A stretch of 64,000 bases of DNA from Candidatus Methanophagales archaeon (GTDB lineage Archaea > Halobacteriota > Syntropharchaeia > Alkanophagales > Methanospirareceae), in the NCBI GenBank assembly GCA_003336485.1, contig QENH01000201.1, positions 10,704-74,703 on the forward strand. Direction: 5' to 3'. The position numbers and the translations under genes are program-made. The stretch's first letter is position 1; the number at the start of each line of letters is the position of its first letter. A model generated the notes under the pieces. That model was not told the DNA's origin. It ran no database searches and saw only the letters and a list, made by a program, of their open reading frames with translations. This document shows positions 59,047 through 64,000 of this stretch, piece after piece.

Positions 59047-59595
59047 ATGCAAAGTGATAAATTGAAAGAAGACGCAGAGGGCAAGATAGAACGAGCTGCA
59101 ATATTGACGCGCTGGAAAGTAGAAGATAAGACCGTGCTGGATATAGGTGCAGGACCGCTTGCGGTTATTGCAGCCCGAGATTTCCATTGCACTGTAACGA
59201 ATATAGATATATCCGCGGATGCGTTGCGGGATGCGGAGAGAGAGGCAGAAGAGGAATCAGAACGAATCACATTTGAGATATGCGATGCAACTTCACTCTC
59301 TTATCCCAACAGGAGTTTTGACGTGGTAATCAGTTACGGTGTTTTGCATCACATAGAACTAGACAAAAGAAGGAAGTTCATTCAAGAGGCGTATCGAGTA
59401 GCAAAGGAGAAGTGTATTATAGCTGAATTTACGTCAGAAGGGTTCGATAAAATTCACGCAGCTAGCGATTTCAAGGCGGTTGACCTCGAGTGGCTGGAAA
59501 GGGAATTGAATTCGCTCGGTGAAGTGGATAAGTATTCGGGGACAGTTATGAGGGTTTATACACTTTCTCTTTTTACAAAAGAAAACCGGTACTAA
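59047..59595 (+). CDS. class I SAM-dependent methyltransferase
   Basis: 182 aa; motif I VLDIGAGPL, acidic residue NIDIS, motif II FDVVISYGVLHHI. Confidence 0.8.
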   Translation: MQSDKLKEDAEGKIERAAILTRWKVEDKTVLDIGAGPLAVIAARDFHCTVTNIDISADALRDAEREAEEESERITFEICDATSLSYPNRSFDVVISYGVLHHIELDKRRKFIQEAYRVAKEKCIIAEFTSEGFDKIHAASDFKAVDLEWLERELNSLGEVDKYSGTVMRVYTLSLFTKENRY

Positions 59596-59616
59596 AAGAA
59601 AATCCTATTTCTTTAG

Positions 59617-60522
59617 TCAAGTTTTCTTTTCTAAAGAAAAGTTGTAAGGCAGGCCTTTCCGACAGCCGTATTCACGAATGCAAAAAGAAGCCACCAAATT
59701 ACCTATCTTACCACTTTCGTATATCCCTTTTTCGTGTAGCAACCCATACAAAAACCCTGCTGCGAACGCATCACCTGCACCTGTCGTATCCACCACATCC
59801 GTTGGATACGCATCTATCAGATACGATTCACCGGTGCTATTAGCGACATAACTGCCGCTTTCGCCCAGAGTCACACATACATTCTTAGCACCGAAATTCA
59901 AAAGTTTCGTGGCACCTTTTTCATAGTCATCACTCAACATCAACGATTTTAATTCACTAGCACTGATAAAAAGCACTTCACTGCGTGCTATTAGCTCTGC
60001 CAAGTCATCAAGCCCGTATTTGAAACAGAGCATCCCTGGGCTGAAACTGAGTTTCGATTCTATTCTACGTGCCAACTCGCATTGCAGCTCCAATTGCTTC
60101 GTGTTTACGAATGAGCTAGTATGCAGGAATTGCGCATTGTTTATCAATTCCATATCTATGTGCTCCATGCCGAGCCGATCATTCACACCGGGATAGATAT
60201 AAAGTGCTCTTTCGCCTTCTGCATCAACAAACCCTATTGCAGCACCCGTATAACCCGCTTCCTTTCTTATCGCAGTCACAAAACCTTCTTTCACGAACTC
60301 TTCCAGAATCAGTTCGCCTTCTTCGTCTGTGCCTACAAGACCCACGAAACTTGTGTCAATGCCCAATCGCGATAATGCAAAGATAGTATTAGCCGCAGAG
60401 CCACCTGGTGCCTTCTTCACATCTAGAATACCCACCTCTTCACCGCCCCTTGCTATTCGCTCCACGACATACAAAACATCATAATTCAAGGCGCCCAAGC
60501 CGACCACTTCTTTTTTGTTCAT
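59617..60522 (-). CDS. PfkB-family carbohydrate/nucleoside kinase
   Basis: 301 aa; N-terminal GG motif (VVGLGALNYD), C-terminal PfkB signature DTTGAGDAFAAGFLYG. Confidence 0.85.
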   Translation of the reverse strand: MNKKEVVGLGALNYDVLYVVERIARGGEEVGILDVKKAPGGSAANTIFALSRLGIDTSFVGLVGTDEEGELILEEFVKEGFVTAIRKEAGYTGAAIGFVDAEGERALYIYPGVNDRLGMEHIDMELINNAQFLHTSSFVNTKQLELQCELARRIESKLSFSPGMLCFKYGLDDLAELIARSEVLFISASELKSLMLSDDYEKGATKLLNFGAKNVCVTLGESGSYVANSTGESYLIDAYPTDVVDTTGAGDAFAAGFLYGLLHEKGIYESGKIGNLVASFCIREYGCRKGLPYNFSLEKKT

Positions 60523-60526
60523 TTTA

Positions 60527-61072
60527 TTATGGTGTCAGTGAATTCCGAGATAGGTTAAAATCCAGCAGATCTCCATAATAGGACTTGAATCTTTCAACAA
60601 TTTCAATATATTTGTTTAAATCGTTTTCATTCCGCTTACCTATATCTTTCTCACTCCTCAATTTAGATATTTCTGTAGGGGCTTTCACCACAAAGTAAGG
60701 TTTAATTTCTTTATAATATTTTGAAAATATCTCTTGCAATGTCTCTCCAGAAAAGCTCTTCATTTCGTCCTGAACTTTATCCCTAAAATATATTGAAAGG
60801 TAGTCTAATAAGTTATAAGCCGCTCTGTAAAGATGTCTATAAGCGGGTATAAGGTTTTCAATTGCATATTTAGCGTCTGCCTGCTTAAAACCTAATTTGA
60901 ATGCGAATACCCACATAAGATGATCAAAAGCATGCCTGAGTTCTTCTGTTGCCGGACTGAAACTTTCACCTCCTACATCCTCAGCATAAATCATTATGTC
61001 TTTGCTTATGCTATACTGCGTAATAATATCCTTAAAAAGCTTCTCTTCTTCTTCATCAAATTCTATTTGCAT
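60527..61072 (-). CDS. hypothetical protein with HEPN-like R-x4-H motif
   Basis: 181 aa; all-helical prediction; EELRHAFDHL contains R-x4-H; last gene of an overlapping AT-rich three-gene module. Confidence 0.3.
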   Translation of the reverse strand: MQIEFDEEEEKLFKDIITQYSISKDIMIYAEDVGGESFSPATEELRHAFDHLMWVFAFKLGFKQADAKYAIENLIPAYRHLYRAAYNLLDYLSIYFRDKVQDEMKSFSGETLQEIFSKYYKEIKPYFVVKAPTEISKLRSEKDIGKRNENDLNKYIEIVERFKSYYGDLLDFNLSRNSLTP

Positions 61073-61074
61073 TT

Positions 61075-61341
61075 TTATCGTTTTTCACTCCCTTCAGAAG
61101 CTGACCCATAATTGCTTTTGGCACCTAAAGATTCGACCATCATGTTAAAAAATATTGCAATGAAAAACGTGAGTAGAACAAGTAAAAAAGAAAAATTTGT
61201 ATAATGCGGGATTGTCCCGGTTATTGGTCCAATTATAAAAACACCAATTGCCATGATGATCTTAAGTGCCCAATTAGCTGGACGACGTTTAATAATATCA
61301 CCCAAAACCTCAATTAGCTTAGGTATATAATCCTCTTTCAT
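61075..61341 (-). CDS. small 2-TM membrane protein
   Basis: 88 aa, two hydrophobic helices; 4-nt overlap with the upstream gene. Confidence 0.35.
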   Translation of the reverse strand: MKEDYIPKLIEVLGDIIKRRPANWALKIIMAIGVFIIGPITGTIPHYTNFSFLLVLLTFFIAIFFNMMVESLGAKSNYGSASEGSEKR

Positions 61342-61631
61342 GCTTCTTGTTTTTCATGCAATGATACTTTCCACAAATCTATGAAGATAATCGCTAACAG
61401 ACATAGACTACACCAGACAACTACCCAATTTTGGTATAAAAAACCGTAATAAAGGCTAAATAACGACACAATAGTGCCAACCGATGCCGTCGCTATAAGC
61501 GCGGTCCCAATTCTACAATGATTCTTGTGGTCTAATCTCTTGACTCCTTTTTCATCCTTCACTATACACCTAAAGCGATAATCCCAGATATCCTCACCTT
61601 TTATAAAGTGCCCCTCGCTCCTTCCAGCCAT
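61338..61631 (-). CDS. small 2-TM membrane protein with basic N-terminal region
   Basis: 97 aa; cytoplasmic N-terminus then two TM helices. Confidence 0.35.
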   Translation of the reverse strand: MAGRSEGHFIKGEDIWDYRFRCIVKDEKGVKRLDHKNHCRIGTALIATASVGTIVSLFSLYYGFLYQNWVVVWCSLCLLAIIFIDLWKVSLHEKQEA

Positions 61632-61731
61632 CTTATACTTTCCACTCTCTCATGATATTATAGCTTAACATAATATTAAAATCTTACTGCAATACAGTAA
61701 TGTTACCTATTAGAGGAGTTGTTAAAGCGCA

Positions 61732-62313
61732 ATGAAAAAGGAACTTGTTTTCATCACCACGAACAAGCACAAAGTAAAAGAGATACGAGCGCAGGCTAAC
61801 TCAGAATCAAAAGACATAACCATCGTGCATCTCGATTATGACTATCCCGAATTTCAGCTCGATGAGATAGACACGGTAGCGGAAGAAAGTGTGAATTATA
61901 TACGGCGGTATAAGCCGCTAAAAGAGGAAAAGCCGTTCTTCATCGAAGACTCGGGCTTGACCTTACCAGCTTTAAACGGCTTCCCTGGCCCGTTCTCCGC
62001 ATTTGTATTTGATAAAATCGGCAATGCTGGGATTCTGAAATTGATGGTAGATAAGAATGGCGAAGAGCGAAGAGCCACATTTAAAACTGTTGTTGCATTC
62101 TGCGAATCTCCGGAAAAGGCACCTGTGCTCTTTGTCGGCACCTCCAAAGGCAAAATAGCAAAGGCGGCTAGGGGTGAGGGCGGCTTTGGCTATGACCCGA
62201 TATTTGAATTGGAAAGTGTGAACAAGACATTTGCAGAGATGAGTACAAAAGAGAAGAATGTCGTATCGCACAGAGGCCGTGCATTCAGGAAATTATTGGA
62301 TTATATCGCATAG
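61732..62313 (+). CDS. non-canonical purine NTP pyrophosphatase (Ham1/RdgB/ITPase)
   Basis: 193 aa; ITTNKHKVKE, FPGPFSAF, GFGYDPIF, TFAEM...EKN..SHRG. Confidence 0.9.
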   Translation: MKKELVFITTNKHKVKEIRAQANSESKDITIVHLDYDYPEFQLDEIDTVAEESVNYIRRYKPLKEEKPFFIEDSGLTLPALNGFPGPFSAFVFDKIGNAGILKLMVDKNGEERRATFKTVVAFCESPEKAPVLFVGTSKGKIAKAARGEGGFGYDPIFELESVNKTFAEMSTKEKNVVSHRGRAFRKLLDYIA

Positions 62314-62535
62314 ATCTCTTCCGCGTATCTATGTATATATAAACATTTCTATATCCGTTAATTTAGAAAAATTTAAATACTACTTTGCAGTTCTATATGC
62401 TATTGGTGGAAGAACATGAAAATGGGTAAGATGCCAAGCGGTTTTGCCGCTACCCTGAGGCGGGTAGAAGGAGAAACAAAGGTGCTGAGATTTTCCCTTA
62501 TAACTGCGATAATATTTAGTTCTGTCTTACATAAA

Positions 62536-63180
62536 ATGACAGTGTTTTTACCTCGAGAAAACAAATTCTTTGACCTCTTTGAGGAGCTTGCAGATAAGGC
62601 CGTGGAAGCAGCGGATCTATTGGCCGATTTGGGAACAAAATATTCTGTGCTTCCGCAAATAAGTGAGCAGCTTAGAATGCTGGAAGAGGATGCTGATTCG
62701 ATTGTTCATCAGATAATACAGGGGCTGTATTACGACCACACTCGTGTCACGGAAGAGAAGGGCGACATACGTTATTTCGCTCATAATCTCGACAATGTAA
62801 TAGACGGTATAGAGAAAGCGGTAGTGAGGTTGTCATTTGCGCAGAAGCAAGAGGCTCCGGAGTCGGTGACGGAGTTCTCGCCCATTATCAAGGAGGCTTC
62901 AGAGGAGATAAGAACGGCAGTTCATTGCCTGCGTGATCTAAAATGTGAAGAGAGCACTTTAGAAGCGTGTTGCATAAGGATAAATGAATTGGAAAACGAA
63001 GCAGACAAAGTAAACCGTAAAAGGCTGCGTGTATTGATGACTACACCCGTAGAAGATCCTAATGAGCTCCTTGATCGACTGCTGCTCAAAGAGATAGTGG
63101 AGATCTTAGAAGATACAATGGATCAGTGTGAAGATGTGGCGAATATCATGGAAACGTTTAGGTTAAAAGGCGGTATTTAA
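62536..63180 (+). CDS. DUF47/PhoU-like phosphate-transport regulator (PiT-associated)
   Basis: Conserved family N-terminus FLPRENKFFDLFEELA begins at the ATG at 62536 (ORF track starts earlier at 62416); paired with the downstream PiT gene. Confidence 0.7.
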   Translation: MTVFLPRENKFFDLFEELADKAVEAADLLADLGTKYSVLPQISEQLRMLEEDADSIVHQIIQGLYYDHTRVTEEKGDIRYFAHNLDNVIDGIEKAVVRLSFAQKQEAPESVTEFSPIIKEASEEIRTAVHCLRDLKCEESTLEACCIRINELENEADKVNRKRLRVLMTTPVEDPNELLDRLLLKEIVEILEDTMDQCEDVANIMETFRLKGGI

Positions 63181-63183
63181 TAG

Positions 63184-64000
63184 ATGTTATCGGTTTTTGG
63201 CTATGTAATCATAATAATAGCTCTCGCACTGCTCTATGACTTTTTTAATGGTGCAAATGACAGTGCGAATTCAATTGCGACTGTAATAGCGACCAAAGCG
63301 CTGACGCCGCTAAAGGCATTAGCGTTAGCGAGTCTATTTAACCTCACAGGCGCTTTTGCTATTACCGCAGTAGCGGCGACTATAGGAAAAGGGATTGTTT
63401 CACTACCAGCGCTGGAACAGGAGATTGCACTCATGGTTCTTATCGGTGGTTTACTTGGTGCGATAATATGGACATTCATCTGCACCGCGCTTGGAATCCC
63501 AATAAGTGTGACACATTCGTTGGTAGGTGGTTTACTTGGTTCGGGAATAGTTGCAGGTGGGATGGGGATAATACAATGGGAAGTGCTAACAAATAAGGTA
63601 TTTCTTGCTATTGCGCTCGGCCCGTTCATAGGATTTGCAGCAGGAGCAGTTATATTTATCGCCACTAATTGGGTGCTCCATATTTTCTTTAAAAAAACTC
63701 CTACTCCTGCGACCGAAAGAGTATTTAAGAAATTGCAGATTATTTCGTCCTCATTTATGGCGTTCAGCCACGGTATGAACGATACCCAAAATGCAATGGG
63801 CGTAATAACAGCAGCTTTGTGGATTGGAGGCTTTATCACCTATTTTTACGTGCCTTGGTGGGTGATGTTAATGTGCGGGTCTACGATGGCATTGGGCACT
63901 TTTTTACTGGGCTGGCGTGTGATAAAGACGGTGGGGTGGCGATTGGCGAAGTTAGAGCCGAAACATGGCTTCTCTGCCGAAACCGGTGCTGGTCTCGCAA
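63184..64000 (+). CDS. inorganic phosphate transporter, PiT family (3' end beyond window)
   Basis: ATG at 63184 gives MLSVFGYVIIIIALALLYDFFNGANDSANSIATVIATKAL..., the PiT GANDxAN motif, and continues open to the window end. The - ORF 63234-63839 is its antisense shadow. Confidence 0.8.
   Translation, partial: MLSVFGYVIIIIALALLYDFFNGANDSANSIATVIATKALTPLKALALASLFNLTGAFAITAVAATIGKGIVSLPALEQEIALMVLIGGLLGAIIWTFICTALGIPISVTHSLVGGLLGSGIVAGGMGIIQWEVLTNKVFLAIALGPFIGFAAGAVIFIATNWVLHIFFKKTPTPATERVFKKLQIISSSFMAFSHGMNDTQNAMGVITAALWIGGFITYFYVPWWVMLMCGSTMALGTFLLGWRVIKTVGWRLAKLEPKHGFSAETGAGLA

Noticed and set aside
63234-63839. 201-aa - strand ORF at the window end
   Set aside because: The + strand from the ATG at 63184 encodes a clear PiT phosphate transporter running off the window; the - ORF is its antisense shadow.

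Overview
The window looks like ~64 kb of an archaeal chromosome, probably a methanogen- or ANME-like member of the Methanosarcinales, at roughly 45% GC. Supporting this: F420-dependent methylene-H4MPT dehydrogenase (mtd), aTrm56, archaeal Trm-G10, archaeal riboflavin synthase, PdxS, archaeal NAC, ribosomal protein L32e, a SAMP-like ubiquitin-fold protein ending in GG, archaeal UMP kinase, a RimK-like ATP-grasp ligase, a Sec11-type signal peptidase, and an intron-containing tRNA. Housekeeping genes (nadK, recJ-like, eno, serA, pyrH, ITPase, PfkB kinase, DUF47/PiT phosphate-uptake pair) are interspersed with accessory material.

The most striking accessory block (22.1-40.0 kb) holds four co-oriented giant secreted-protein genes built from shuffled modules. 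One is scaffoldin-like, with a cohesin-like N-terminus and PKD repeats. Two carry C-terminal type-I dockerins: a beta-helix protein and a papain-like peptidase fused to a beta-helix. Two share a different ~130-aa C-terminal module. Near-identical 3'-module-plus-leader cassettes, conserved leader hairpins and a family of hairpin/oligo-T terminators accompany them.

Immediately upstream lies a compact overlapping operon: an HPr-kinase-like kinase, a PqqD-type RiPP recognition element, a radical SAM/SPASM maturase, and an unannotated 46-aa ORF with a perfect Shine-Dalgarno site and its own terminator. It looks like an undescribed archaeal RiPP-type peptide-modification system. On the other side of the surface-protein block sit an ABC exporter, an NTP_transf_5-like nucleotidyltransferase and a signal peptidase.

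Other notable features:
- a 250-bp MITE with 16-bp TIRs and a CA target duplication, cleanly splitting a SAM methyltransferase;
- two eroded integration/duplication scars (88-bp and ~135-bp orphan gene-fragment repeats), one enclosing an oleate-hydratase gene remnant;
- a frameshifted cohesin pseudogene;
- an AT-rich island encoding a membrane-anchored STAND-like P-loop NTPase and a TPR protein with near-perfect 141-bp tandem repeats;
- a VapBC-like TA pair;
- a small AT-rich module of two 2-TM proteins plus an R-x4-H (HEPN-like) protein;
- a (GGTAA)10 microsatellite;
- a 1139-aa ORF with an internal TM hairpin and a compositional shift that may be a gene fusion.

No CRISPR array and no rRNA were seen.
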